Source: Ministeria vibrans ATCC 50519
Lineage: Eukaryota; Protista; Filasterea
DNA: 64,000 nt
NCBI GenBank assembly: GCA_943704425.1
Contig: CALSCP010002159.1
Coordinates: 1-64,000, forward strand
Reading direction: 5' to 3'
The notes under the pieces are model-generated. The model saw only the letters and a program-made list of their open reading frames with translations. It was not told where the DNA came from and ran no database searches. Made by a program: the position numbers and the translations under genes. Positions 1 through 14,979 of this stretch are shown one piece after another (positions within the stretch are counted from its first letter, which is position 1; every line of letters begins with the position of its first letter).

Positions 1-2
1 CA

Positions 3-716
3 AGTGTCACTCAGCTGCAGGCCATGTGGACTGGTCGCAATTGCAAAGTGCGCACCGTGACCGATGCGCTGCCGGGTCGGAAGGTGACCCGCCCAGCGAT
101 TGCTGATGCGCTGGTGAAGTTGGAAGAGGATGTGGGGTCGAGTGCGGGGAAGAACTCGTTGCTGATTGTGCACCTACTGGGCCATGGCGTGATGGACGGC
201 GAAGGAGGACTCATTCTCAGCGATGCACGGTACAATGTATCTGGTCGTCTCTCGCGATTGAGTATGAGCTCTCTTGCAGGGCTCGTCTCTGACGTTGCTG
301 GCTGGCAGGGTTGTAATGTGCTGTTTGTGTGCGACTTTTGCAATTCGGGCGCGCTGGTTCTGCCCGAGCACGACCTGACTAGCTCGCACACTCACGCGCG
401 TCTTCGTGGCTATGCACGCCAACTACTCACTGCATCTCTGAAAGACTATGCTGCGTACATGAGCCAGGAAGGGTCGCTCACGCGTCTCACTGAGCTGCTG
501 CTTCAGGCACTGGGACCCGCCAAGGCTGTGTTTCGTCCTGGCGAGACGGCCATCACTGCCGTTGAACTGGCGCGTCGTCTGCTCAAGCTTGACTCGGCCA
601 AGACGAAGACGTTCCAGTCGATGCTGGTGGGTCGTGTTGGGAACGACTGGACGCGCGAGACGAACGAGGGTGACATTCTCATCTTCCGCGATGGCAATGG
701 CGTCCAGACGATTTGA
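3..716 (+). CDS. Caspase-like (peptidase C14, bacterial-type) domain, 5'-partial
   Basis: Frame is open to the window edge. Catalytic dyad motifs LLIVHLLGHG and NVLFVCDFCNSG, then ARQLLTAS...LTELLLQAL...ITAVEL...EGDILIF as in prokaryotic caspase homologues. No introns in the visible part. Confidence 0.75.
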   Translation, partial: SVTQLQAMWTGRNCKVRTVTDALPGRKVTRPAIADALVKLEEDVGSSAGKNSLLIVHLLGHGVMDGEGGLILSDARYNVSGRLSRLSMSSLAGLVSDVAGWQGCNVLFVCDFCNSGALVLPEHDLTSSHTHARLRGYARQLLTASLKDYAAYMSQEGSLTRLTELLLQALGPAKAVFRPGETAITAVELARRLLKLDSAKTKTFQSMLVGRVGNDWTRETNEGDILIFRDGNGVQTI

Positions 717-933
717 CATTTATTTTTATTCTTTATTACACATAATATATCTATTCATTTACAGTTTGCTTGCTCTTTTTCTTTTTCGTAGCGTAAGTTT
801 TTAATAAAAAATAAATGAAAAGCGAGTTGTACTCCAGTCACAAGGGATAAAACAAACACAAAACACACACGAGACACACAGAGAAAGGGAAAGTAAAAGC
901 CCTCACTCACTTTACCCTCACAGATACACAAGA

Positions 934-3229
934 TCACTTTTTGACATAGGCATCCCACTCGAGAGTGCGGTTGGCCAAGGGCAGACATCGCTCGAGGGTT
1001 GGGATGTCGGGCATGTGCTGGCGGAAGAACAGGTCGACAATGGCGGCGGCATGACGCCACCGCCCCTGCGCCATGGCCGTGACCCACTCGCCTGGTTTGT
1101 AAGGCTTCTCTTTGCCCGTTGCTAATTAAGCGTGTGAAGTGTGTGAGTGAACGTGAGAGTGTGAGTGCGAGTATGTGTATCTGTGTTTCGATATGGGTTG
1201 AGCGATGTTGCGTATAGTGACAATGTAAGTATAATGTGTATGTGTATGTGGGTGTGTTTGGTAATGAGTCTGACTGAGACATTAATATTGGCATTGATCA
1301 TGAGCGAGTGAGGGAAAATATTGACAATGAGAGATTGGCAATGAGTGAGCAACACTGAGTGTTTATGCATTGTTTTGTGTGTGACAATTCGTTTTTCCTA
1401 CCGTGCAATATTCCGATTTTTGCCGCAACCACTTCGGGGGAAATACCCATTTTAACGATTTGACGCTCAATCTCCTCCGTAAACATATTCCAATTGCGAT
1501 CAGAAACAGCCAAGTAACGACCATGAGCGACCAGCTAAGCAAGAGCAAGGCAGAGAGAAAACGAGATTGTGTGTGAGAGGATCCACTCAATCACACACAT
1601 TGATAATCTCTCACATGATCAACAAATAAAGACACAATGTTCAACCACTCATCTCACACACATACAAACAAAGATGCTCTTTACGTATTTAAATACAAAC
1701 TGACCTGCATTGGCATCTGAGAACCCAAAATGCGCCACAAGGACTGTCCCTCTCCCTTATTCTGCTCTGTGATCCAATAGTCCGCTTCTGCGTCCAAATT
1801 GTGTCTTCGCCATGGCCGCAAATTCACTCGCATTACTCCCGCATTGAACGATTTGATCGTCGCATTGAATTCCTACCAGACACTCACAGAGAGCAGTATG
1901 AGTATCAAAATATTTTTGTTTCTTCGTTTTGTTTTCTGACTTGATTGCGACGGTCCATCATCATTTTGGCAATCTTTGGAACACTCACAATGGGCCATTT
2001 GAGAGGCGTTTCCCACGGAATGGCCGCACACACTTGATCCTCATCCATCTACAAGAGTGAGACATGAGGGAGAAAGAAACATCAAGGGGGTCGGAGCAAA
2101 GTGAGGGAGACAAAGTGATAGAGAAAAAAAGTGTGGTAGTGTGTGTGTGTGTGTGTGTGTGCGTGTTAATGGTAAACGCAACGCTTTCGTGTGTTTGCTA
2201 TGTTTACTTCGGTTGCAGCGAGAAACTGTCTGAGATCGCGCACTGCAAGTGTGTCAGAATCCAGGTAGATGACGTCATCAATGTCACTGCTGAGCAGTTT
2301 GTGCATGTAGAAGCGTAGATAGTTGCCGGGGCGCGACAGTTCGGGGCGAACGGGAACCCATACGCTGAAAAAAGTAGGAATGAGAGATGACACACACAGA
2401 CACGAGTGTCTCCGTACGTTTTGATCATGTTGGTGTCGTAGGTTCGGATATCAATGGACGCTCGGCGCAACGACTTCTGGTGTTTTCCAGGCTTGTCCTT
2501 GGTTGCCATGAACGCGGCCTTGGGCAAGATACCTTTTGCGAGAGTCGAAGAAAAAATGAGACGGGAAATGTCTTTGACGTTGCGTTTGAAAAACCTGTGC
2601 ATCGGAGAATGGCTTCGGGCATGCGTGCGTCGCCGTCGGTGAACACATGGAAATGAACGGGCACCTGTGTGTTCTCGACCGTGGAGTTGATGAGCGAGGG
2701 CAGCCCGCCCACCGAGTACTTGTCGACGGCAACCACAATGTGGATCTCCTTGCCATTCTCCACTGTGTACACGTTGTCGTCCACGTAGCCCGACGACGCG
2801 CCCCCCGGCGTGCTTTGCCGCACGTCTTTAGACCAGGCAGAGTCGTCGTTGTCCGCCTGCGCGTCCTCATCTTCTCCTTCGGTCACAGGCAATGCCCAAT
2901 TTTCAATCCTGACGTGTGTTGTATTTTTTTTTGTAGATTTTGACAGTGAGTGAGTTGGAAGAAGTGTGAGGTGCGTGTGAGGCACATAGCGCACGAGACG
3001 AGACACGCACTCAAGACGACATGGGACAGATCAACTCTTACCGCTCACTGGAGGTCTGGCTGGGGTCGGAGATGGCTTCTCGCGCGATCAACGATGGAGG
3101 ATTCGGACCAACCGGCAATGGATGAGTGTCACTGCCGTCTTCGCTCGCTCGCATGGAGACTAGCAGGACGGCGACTAGTGCCAGTCCTGCCAACGCAGCT
3201 GCTGCTGCGGGGCGTTTCAGAACGATCAT
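934..3229 (-). CDS. Glycosyltransferase family 8, type II membrane protein (multi-exon)
   Basis: N-terminal signal anchor (3229-3150). Spliced exons give IHIVVAVD, NYLRFYM, VIYLDSD (DxD), FNAGVMRVNLRPWR and ILH|ATGKEKPY. Stop TGA at 934-936. Confidence 0.85.
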
Positions 3230-3411
3230 CGGACGAGAGAACAGAAGAAAAAATTATTAAATTTTCAATTTTGATTTTTGTAATCGAATATCAAATCACA
3301 AAATCTCAACTAGACGTGCTTTATTATCGAGATTATCGGCATTGCTCCAAAATATACAACCCCTTTCACACACTCACACGTTTCTCGCTGTGCTTTTGGT
3401 AGACTTTACAT

Positions 3412-5061
3412 TCATCGACAATTCGAAATGATCACAAGGACGGCTTGACGTGAGCGCACTGCGGGAGCAGTGAAGGAGCGCTGGACACCCTCATGGACCT
3501 TGTTGGTCCACACTTCGCGCACAGTGCAGATAGAGCTTCCTTGGAGCACGGGCAGATCGGCAAAGTTGACGGTGATGGGCTGTGTGCTGGAGGGGTCGTC
3601 GAAGCGATTGAAGAGCGCCACGGCCGCCTGGCCACGCAGCAGAGGCTTGTACCACACCTGAAGACTGCCCGAGGGCGGTGGGGGCGACGGGGGCATGTGC
3701 TGCGTCACACACAGCTGCTCCTTCTGCGCCCCTTTCTTCGTGTACACCAGCGACCCATTGTTGAAGGTGAAAGATCCCTTGGGCGTCGCAATGTCATCGT
3801 CAAAGATCTGCAGCTGAGTGTCACTGCCACTGCCCGGCTCAATGTGCGTTTGGAGACGCAACTTGGAGCGCATGAGACCCTCTGCGTCAATCGAGAACAA
3901 CTCATTGTTCCACGCGGCTTCTCCTTTGCCCGCACAGCTCGTTGTGCCTGTCAGAAGACTGTGCAAAACCACTTTCGAGCCGCAATTCTGCACGTTAAAG
4001 CACATCTCCTGCGGCGCACTCACCAGACACAGTGTGCCCGTCTTCACCTCGTCCCGCAGCCACTGCTGCGCCGCACTTCCCGCAACACACTCTGAAACAA
4101 CCGGCATGGGCTTCTCCGGCGTAGCCTGTGCGGTCCCGTTTGTCTCGTGAAGCAGATCCCCCGCATTTCCTGCATACTCTTGGTTTATCCGAATTGCTTC
4201 GGAATTGATCAAAATCTCGAGAATCTACAGTACAAATACATAGATATACGTATGAGTAGGCGGTAATAGGGTACAAGCGTACTGGTTTGGGCATGGAACG
4301 GATGTCGTTGCCGGCAATGAGAGGCGCACTGGTGATGGCCCACAGACCAAAGTGCGCTTCGTTCATATCACGGATACGCTCACTGCCATCCCACGCAAAC
4401 TCCCCGTTGTCCAGTTCGAGGAAGTCTGGATCGTTCCAGCGACCTGGAGCGCCAAACGACCCGCGTCCCTTGAGTGTGTCCAGGTTGAACATAACGTCCT
4501 TCCAGGTTGGTTGGATGTCGCGGCTCGAGCGCCACATGTTTGCCTTGTCGGCACAGTAAGGCTTCCAGCTGCCCGTCTCACAGCCGTTGTGGCAGTCTGA
4601 AAACAGAATGGGTCGTCCCGTGGCATTGAGGACACTCGACCAGCGAGACACGAGGGTCTCGGCAGACTCGGTTGTCCCACACGCGTCCACCTTGAGCATG
4701 TCCGCTCCCCAGCTTGCAAAAAGCGCCGCGTCTTTCTCCTCGTATCCCTCGCTCATGGGTTTGTCACCGTTGCACTAAATGACCAAACACATGTAACACG
4801 ACACAAAAGAGAGAGAAAGAGGAAAAATAGGGATAGAGAGAGAGAAAGAAAGTGGCAGAGAAAGAGAGAAACACCGCGACACAGAGAGAAACAAAGTGGT
4901 AGAGAAACAAAGTGACAAAGAGAAACAAAGTGACAGAGTGAGAGGAACAAATAGAGAGAAACAAAGTGATAGAAAGAGAAACATAGTGATAGAGAAACAA
5001 AGTGACAGAGAGACAAACATAAACAAAGTGATAGAGAGAGAGAGAAAACAAAGCGACACGT

Positions 5062-5151
<90 letters not shown>

Positions 5152-5674
5152 AATAAGCAGCGGAGTGGGCGGCCCAGTCGTACAGCGTGCGTGCCGGCAT
5201 CGGTGTAGTGGCCGTAGCGGAACCCGAGTGCCTTGACGTGCGCAATGACTGGCGCAATGCCGTCTGGGTACTTGTCGCGGTTCACCATCATGTAGCCGCT
5301 GCTGTTGCGCTGCACCACGCCTGTGTCTGAGCCCGCCCACCAGCCGCCATCTATGACGAGAGAGAGAGGGAGAGAGAGAGAGAGTAACGTTTCATTTCGC
5401 AAAATAAACAAACAATACAAATTAGACCACAAATGCAAAAGGGACTTGTAAGGACTGGCTTTTGTTGATGCTCACCGACGTTGATGTACTGGTAGCCGGC
5501 CTCTTTCATGCCATTGGCAGCCATTGCATCCGCCGTCTCGATGAAGAGCGATGCGTTGAAGTTTCGGTGAAAGTGGTTCCACGAACACCATCCCATGGGC
5601 GGCGTTTGCGCCAATCCATTGTCGAGGGCCACCGCTGCCTGGATCAAACCGATAACCACAACAAAGCAAAGCAT
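3412..5674 (-). CDS. Alpha-galactosidase / alpha-N-acetylgalactosaminidase (GH27), secreted
   Basis: Signal peptide then LDNGLAQTPPMGWCSW, YIN-DGGW, FASWGADMLKVDAC, NMWRSSRDI, GRWNDPDFL, HFGLWAITSAPLIAGNDIR, and a C-terminal LQVWYKPL...AVALFNR beta-sandwich. Confidence 0.93.
4889..5146. repeat. Intronic array of ~8 degenerate AAACAAAGTGA(T/C)AGAG units followed by (AG)n
   Basis: Directly visible, inside a GH27 intron. Confidence 0.85.
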
Positions 5675-5742
5675 CTCAAAAATAATTAATGTTTGTTGGA
5701 TTAGGAAATCTTTCTCGATTGATCATTCAAATATCTTATGTC

Positions 5743-8700
5743 ATGATCCAACGGGTGGTGTCACTCTTAGCCATCATCACTCTGTCATTGTCGACACCGG
5801 CCACCAACCAATGGGATTTCTCTCGATTCGCGCCGTACGTGGACGCAACAGGGACCACATCGGGTCCGTTTCGAGCACCCTCAAACAACAACAATGTTCG
5901 CGCGCTCTTCCTGACCGCAGGCGCCGCCCCGAGACTGTCGCTTGACGGAGTCATGATAACTTCGTCTGAGTCGTGGACTGAGAGGCTTGGGATCCACGTG
6001 GCGGCGTCCGTTGCCAATTGCAGTCGCAGTGCACTTTTGTCGCTTCTCGCGCAATCAGTCAACGTGTCTCCCGTTCCCTCTTGGCTGGGCGACACGGGGT
6101 TTCTCATCGACACAAGCTCGCTGGCAAGCCAAGAGGTTGCCTGGAGCCTGGACGTGGCGTCAAACCTCTGGTCGTGCTCGCGTGTGGACTGGTCGCGTGT
6201 CCCTCTTGACACGCGCCAAGCCATAGTCACTCACGATGTACTCTATCCCTCCATCTACAGTTCCTGCGGCCACTCTGTCTACCTCGTATGGGTTAACGCG
6301 TCTCTCTTGACTGTTCCTACAAACGTGACGCAGAACCTGCTCCGCTTCGATGTGGATCTCGAGAACAAGTCGTGGGCTGCACACGCATTGCCTCAAGCGA
6401 CCGTGAATGCCGGGAGCTCGTCAGCCGGCACCAAGCGCATCATTCTGCTGGCCTGCCGTGAAACGCAACAGCAACAACAACAGCAGCAACAACAACAACA
6501 GACGCGTAGTACGATGTTGACAGGCGAGCTGTTCATGGTGACTCTCGCTCCCGACGTTCCCCTGGCGTCCTTCTCCATGTTCCGTCTGGACCCTTCGAAC
6601 GAGTTTTCCTGGACGCCTGTGTGGAAGTGTCTCGACTCAACCCATCTCTTCACGAGTCTTAGTCTTCTGTTTGAAGCCTCACATCAAACTGTGTTTTCAA
6701 TGCCTGCCAACTCCACCGCTGCCTCGTTCCCTGTGCTGGCAAGCCCCACTTTGCCAATGCCCGTCCTCTTCCAAATTCCTTGGCACGCCATCAATGCTTC
6801 GGGGCTCACTGATACGAGCACTTTGTCATGCATAGCGCAGGGGATCGAACCCACCCTTGTCTTCCTCGAATGCGACCATAGCATCCAAACTCTTGCGCCA
6901 TTACCCCCATCTCTCAACATCAATTCTCAATGGGCCGCCGTGACCTTTCCAGGTCTCGCAGCCCTCTCAACCAATGAATACTCCTTAGCCTCTCCTAATC
7001 TCTCTCAGGGAGAACCACCGACGTTCCTTCGCAACATCTCAAGTGTCGTGCTCTCCTTCACACTGACGCCTTTTGCCTCCATCACCACCAACCCGCAGCT
7101 CAATTATGCCACACTGAAAGAGACCACCAGCACCGACAGTCCCGGTGACATTACCGCCACTCCCAGTGTTATTTCCTTCTACGGAATCATTGGACGCAAT
7201 CTTGCATCGACCAACAAGCTTCTCCTCTTTGACTTTGCGACGCAGTCCGTCTCGCCTGTCACCACATACGGCGACCAAAGGCCCCGGCGACGCGCAGCCA
7301 CTGCCGTTATCCGTTTCAATCTGTCTCCTGCATCCATCGCGACTGCGACCGGTTGGTCTCTTGATCTCGTTCCAGCCAGTGCGTCCTCGGAAGTGTTTCT
7401 CATTTATGGCGGCCTCTCGAATGTGTACGCCGTCGATCCAACACTCTCTTACTTTCTCAACGACACCTGGCTTTACGTGTCCACCACACGTCGCTATGCA
7501 CCACTCACTGACTCGCCCGTGCATGCCAACGAACTGCTGTCGTGGTGTGCGCTTGCCAGTGACAGTGCACTCTTTGTCGTCCAGAATCAGTTCTCGTCCC
7601 CTCCCGTCGCGTGGACTCTGGCGCACTTCACGGACGGCCATGGCGGTGCATGGACGCGCACTGCTTGCCAGTCGACTGTCGCCATGACCATTGGCACATA
7701 CGTCTTTTCGCTGGCTAACATTGTGCATTTTGCGTCGCAGCAGCTCGGATGTACCATCGACATTGTCTCCTATGCGATCGTGACCAACGCGAGCACGGGC
7801 GCTCTTGTTGAACTTGACTGCCAGACGCCCCTTGTGCGCTCCTCGCGTCGTCTCGACCTGTCGCAGGTCACACCCATTGGTGGGTACACGGGCGAGAACT
7901 TGTGCATGCAAGGCATGACATTGACCACCGCGACATTGGCACAAGATCCGATTCTTATTGTTCTCATGGACACCTACTTTGGACCCTCTGCAACCGTGCG
8001 CGACGCTTCCAACTGGTTACAGCCTGTGGTGTTCTCCAACCTGAACACGGGCGAGTCGCAAGTGGTCAATCTCACCATTGCGCCGTCGTCGGTTCACGTT
8101 GCCGAAACCTCGTTAAATCCACGCAATGAACCGTTGTTCAGTGTGAGCGCCACAGGCACAGCTGTGTACGGGACGTACGCTCAGACGACCACTCCGTACT
8201 TGCTCTTCCAGACGGCGCACTACGGCTGTCCCATAGGCTTCTATGGCACTCGTGCGCCGTACTCTCGTCTATGTGAGCCTTGCCCATTGGGCACCTACTC
8301 GAGCGTGGCGGGCGCAACAGCATGCGAGGCGTGTGCAGCACCGCGTAGCACTGCGCAGACGGGCAGCGCGTCCATTCTCGCGTGCAGTGTGTGCTCACCC
8401 ATTGAATGCCACGGCCACGGTGAGTGCATTGTTTCAGGTGGTACCACTGGAATCACTTGCCTCTGTGCGTTTGGCTACAGTGCTACTGACAACTGTCGCA
8501 CGCAATGGTTTGGTGTGGCAATAGGAATCTTCTTTATTGTCTCATTCATCATTGCCGCCATTGTGACGCTCTACGTGCGCTGGCGACGCGACGTACACGC
8601 AGCGACCACCATAGTGGCGCAGACCAAAGAGGAGCTGGAGGAGTTACGACAGACGTGGCTTATTGACTGGAGCACTCTTTCCCATATGGAACATTTAGAC

Positions 8701-9616
8701 TCGGGCGCATTTGGTGCAGTGTTTCGCGCTCGCTGGTGTGATTTTGACGTTGCTGTCAAGGTTCTGCACGACATCTCTTCAGACCAACTGAGTACAGATT
8801 TTGAGCGGGAGTTTCAAACTTTGCGTCAACTGCGACATCCGCACGTAAGAACAAGCGAGAGAAAAAGAGGGCGGGGGGGGGGGGAGTGCGAGTGAGAGTG
8901 GAAGCGATGATGACGACGAAGAGGGAGAGGAGGAAGAACACAAGAAAGTGAGAGAGGAGGGAAAAAGAAACAAAGTGATAAAAAGGGAGAGGGAGACTCA
9001 GGGTGATAGAGAGAGAGAGAGTGAGTGAACAAGGAAAAAGGGGCAGAGAGAGAGAGAGAGAGAGAAAAGGGGTACATAGAACAAACTGTACTGTTTGTTT
9101 GCGTGTGTAGGTTGTGTTGTTCTTTGGAGGAGGAATTAGCAATGGACAGGAGCAATCCTTTATTGTGACGGAGTTTGTTGAGCGAGGCTCATTACGGCAC
9201 GTATTAAGTGAGGAGCTGACCAAGGGTGAAGAGCAACTGAGCGAAGAGAGACGCAACACTATGGCAATGGATATTGCACTTGGATTGCAGTTTTTGCACA
9301 CACGCAGTCCGTGTGTGCTCCATTTGGATGTCAAGTCGCCCAATGTGCTGGTGACGGCAGGGTGGCGATGCAAACTAGGTGATTTGGGGACTGCACGACT
9401 GATGCGGACGTCGTCGTCGGAGACCAGTGGCCACAAGAAGAATAGGAAGGAGAAGAATAAGAAGAAGAAGGGGAGGAGTGAGCGAGGCGTGCAAGTACCT
9501 CTGTTGCCGGTGACGGACGAGCCAATGGAGGACCAGCAAGGGCCATATCTGACTGGAAATATGGGTTCGTTGCGATGGTCCGCTCCTGAGATACTCACTT
9601 TGGGTAGGAGGGTGTC

Positions 9617-9659
<43 letters not shown>

Positions 9660-10031
9660 TTCTTATTATTATTATTTTATTATTAATTTATGTGTACTAA
9701 AATACTTCTGTTATTATTGAATTTGTGTGTAGACAAAGTGCGATATTCTCCAGCAATGGATGTGTATGCGTTTGGAATAGTCATGTGGGAGCTGGTGACA
9801 GGGGAGATACCTTACAGTGACGAGGAATGGGACTGGCGTGTGCGAGAGACAGTGGCAGGTGGTGGACGACCCAGGTGGCCGACTGCGGGGACGCAAGGAG
9901 GAGCGACGCGTGAGGGGCAGTCGTCGTATCAGACGTATGTGAATCTGGCGGGAATGTGTTGGGCGCATGATCCTCATGAGCGACCTTCCATTGATGTGGT
10001 TGTGGGTCGGTTGAATGCTATCTCAATGTGA
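5743..10031 (+). CDS. Single-pass receptor-like TKL (Ser/Thr-type) protein kinase
   Basis: Signal peptide. Large ectodomain with kelch-like (LIYGG..LNDTWLY), GCC2/GCC3 Cys-rich (CEPCPLGTYSS) and EGF-like (CHGHGEC..CLCAFGY) modules, then TM (WFGVAIGIFFIVSFIIAAIVTLYV). Kinase motifs GAFGAVF, VAVK, HLDVKSPN, DLG, WSAPE, DVYAFG over 3 exons. Confidence 0.9.
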
Positions 10032-10573
10032 GGGAGATGTTGTACGACTTGTAATTTTGCTGGACTGTAAGATCTAAACTCATTAATAATTGAAGAGACA
10101 ATAATAGAGATTGAGAACTGAATTCAATGCTATGACAAGGACAATAGACAATTAATCAGGGAATGATTGGTGGTGCGGTTATACTTTGGGTGAGACGCAG
10201 GGGCAGCGCCCCATGTCTTTGTTTTTTTTGACTCAGACTGCGATTGTTGCTGTAAGCAAGCCAAAGGAAGAGGAGCAACAAAGAGAAAGAAAGAGAGAAA
10301 AAAGAGGGCACATTGAGTTGGTCAGGTTCTTTTGACATTTCAATAGTGCGTGTATGCCAATTATTAATAAATTAATAATGAGAATGATAATAATAATAAT
10401 AATAATTAATAATAATACTAATAATTAATCAATTTTTCAGCCAATCTGTTTCCTCTCCCTCTTGATGCTCCTGTAGCTTATCAGAAAGTGGTTCTGGTTT
10501 GTGTTGTCGCTTTTTGTTTTGTGATTGATCATAAATTGGAAACGTCTTCTTTTTCAATTATTAGTGCCTATTG

Positions 10574-13061
<2,488 letters not shown>

Positions 13062-13256
13062 AGTACGAAGGGATGTGTGCACGTGTGTGGATGTTGCTGG
13101 CGCGCGTGTGAACGGCAAACAGAGCGTATGACTCTGTGTTGAAAAATATTCTGATTTGTCATTTCATTGGAAATTTTTATGTTGAATATTGAATTGTTGA
13201 TCAGTTCCACACTCTCAGTCACTCTCTCAATTCTCAATTAAGAAAAATTTGCAGAG

Positions 13257-14583
13257 ATGTCGCGCGAGTACGAGTTTGACTCGTCCGGTGGGACGTTTGT
13301 GTACTTTGCGCTGTCGATTGTGTGTCTGTACCTGATCCCCGCGACCATTTCGCGTGTGTCGGCCGCCCTGGCCGGCAACGACGGCTCTGCGCGCGCCCTT
13401 GCGCTCGCGGACGAAGACAAGAACCAAGCTGACGGTACGACTGCTGGACTGGCGCCGTGGAGGCTCGCAAGAGGGCGAGGAGGCGTCCGTCGATGGCCTG
13501 CCGACGTGGCCCTCGCCAAAACAGCCGTTGCCGCCTGTTTCACCCGCATGTGACTGGCCCACTACACTGTGCATGTGAAGTAGACCCCCCTGCGACCGCC
13601 AAGAAGCCCCGCAGCGCGTCTGGCCAGCGCATTTGGCGTTTTGATTTTTTTTATCAATTATTGTCTTGCTTTTGTTTGTGGAACTGCCGTTGCGGTACAC
13701 CGCCTACCTCCACTGCATTGCACGGCACACCACGATCCATACTGATGTGTGTATGTGTGTGTGTATGGGGTTTCTTTTTGTTTTCCCTTTCTTTCTTTTT
13801 GCGTCTCCTCCAAGTCAAATCATCAAGTGATCAACATGAATGTATTCACCCTCTTAGAGTGCTCCTGCGCCTCCTGTGTCCTCAAGCGCAGTCGGATCAA
13901 GCGCCGTGCCAACAGCAAGTGGTCATGGTGGACTGTCACCTACTGGACCATGTGGGTGCTCTTCATCTTCCTGCTCTACGCCGTGTCGCAAAGTGAAAAG
14001 GGGTAACCAGAGAGTCGACGCGTGTGATTGATCTTCTTGCTTCTTCATCCACTCACACATGCACATGCGCGCAGTTACGTCGAGTACGATCCCTATGAGG
14101 TGCTGGGGCTCGAGCGAGGTGCAACCGAGTCGGAAATCCGCAAACACTACCGCAAGCTCAGCAAAACTATGCATCCAGACAAGAACAAGAACGATCCCGA
14201 CGCAGACGACAAGTGGGTGCGCGTCGCAAAAGCCTATGAAAGGTGCCAAAAAAACAGCAAAAAAAAAAAAAGAAAAAAAGGAAAAGAGGAAGTGTAATTG
14301 GTTGTTCTTTAGTTTGACGGATAAAGTTGTGCGGGAGAATTGGGAAAAGTACGGAAATCCGGACGGAATGCGATCGACATCGTATGGAATTGCATTGCCA
14401 CAATGGATTGTCGAGAAGGACAATACTCTGCTCGTAAGAATTTATCATTACTTTTATGAGGCTAAATTTTTATTTCTTTTCGTTTAGGTTGTTTCGTTCT
14501 ATCTGATCCTTTTGATGGTTGTTCTTCCTCTTGCCCTGTACAAATGGTACACCTCGTCGCAGAAATACGATGAAGAAAAACAG
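13257..14583 (+). CDS. SEC63: Translocation protein SEC63, 5' part (TMs and J-domain)
   Basis: MSREYEFDSSGGTFVYFALS, YDPYEVLG...HPDK, NWEKYGNPDG...GIALPQWIVE. Exon ends at a GT donor at 14584. Confidence 0.92.
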
Positions 14584-14619
14584 GTAAAAGACAAGAGAGA
14601 GAGAAAGGAGGGATCAAAG

Positions 14620-14710
<91 letters not shown>

Positions 14711-14979
14711 TAGAGAGATAGATATATATATATATAATATATATATAGTTATATATAATAATTATAATAATTATAATAATATATTTATATGTATAGAGAG
14801 AGAGGAAAAAGAAGGAGAAAGAAACAAAGTGATATATAGAGAGAGAACCAAGTATACAGAGAGTGTACGTATTGAGACATTGAGTGTATGTGAGTTGCGT
14901 GATTCGCTCTGCAATGGAGTGAGATTGATTGAGCTCCAAAAGAGTCTGTGCATCTCACACGCATTTGGGTCTATTGCAG

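Noticed and set aside
4889-5060. Spaced short direct repeats (also 42450-42570) superficially like a CRISPR array
   Set aside because: Spacers are only AG filler, the context is a eukaryotic intron, and no cas genes are present.
4753-5438. ORFs with SLSLSL/ERERER/CVCVCV/HTHTHT runs here and elsewhere
   Set aside because: These are translations of intronic dinucleotide microsatellites.
13435-13858. Long GC-rich first intron of SEC63 with antisense ORFs and small stems
   Set aside because: No recognisable protein or RNA family; the stems are expected at this GC content.
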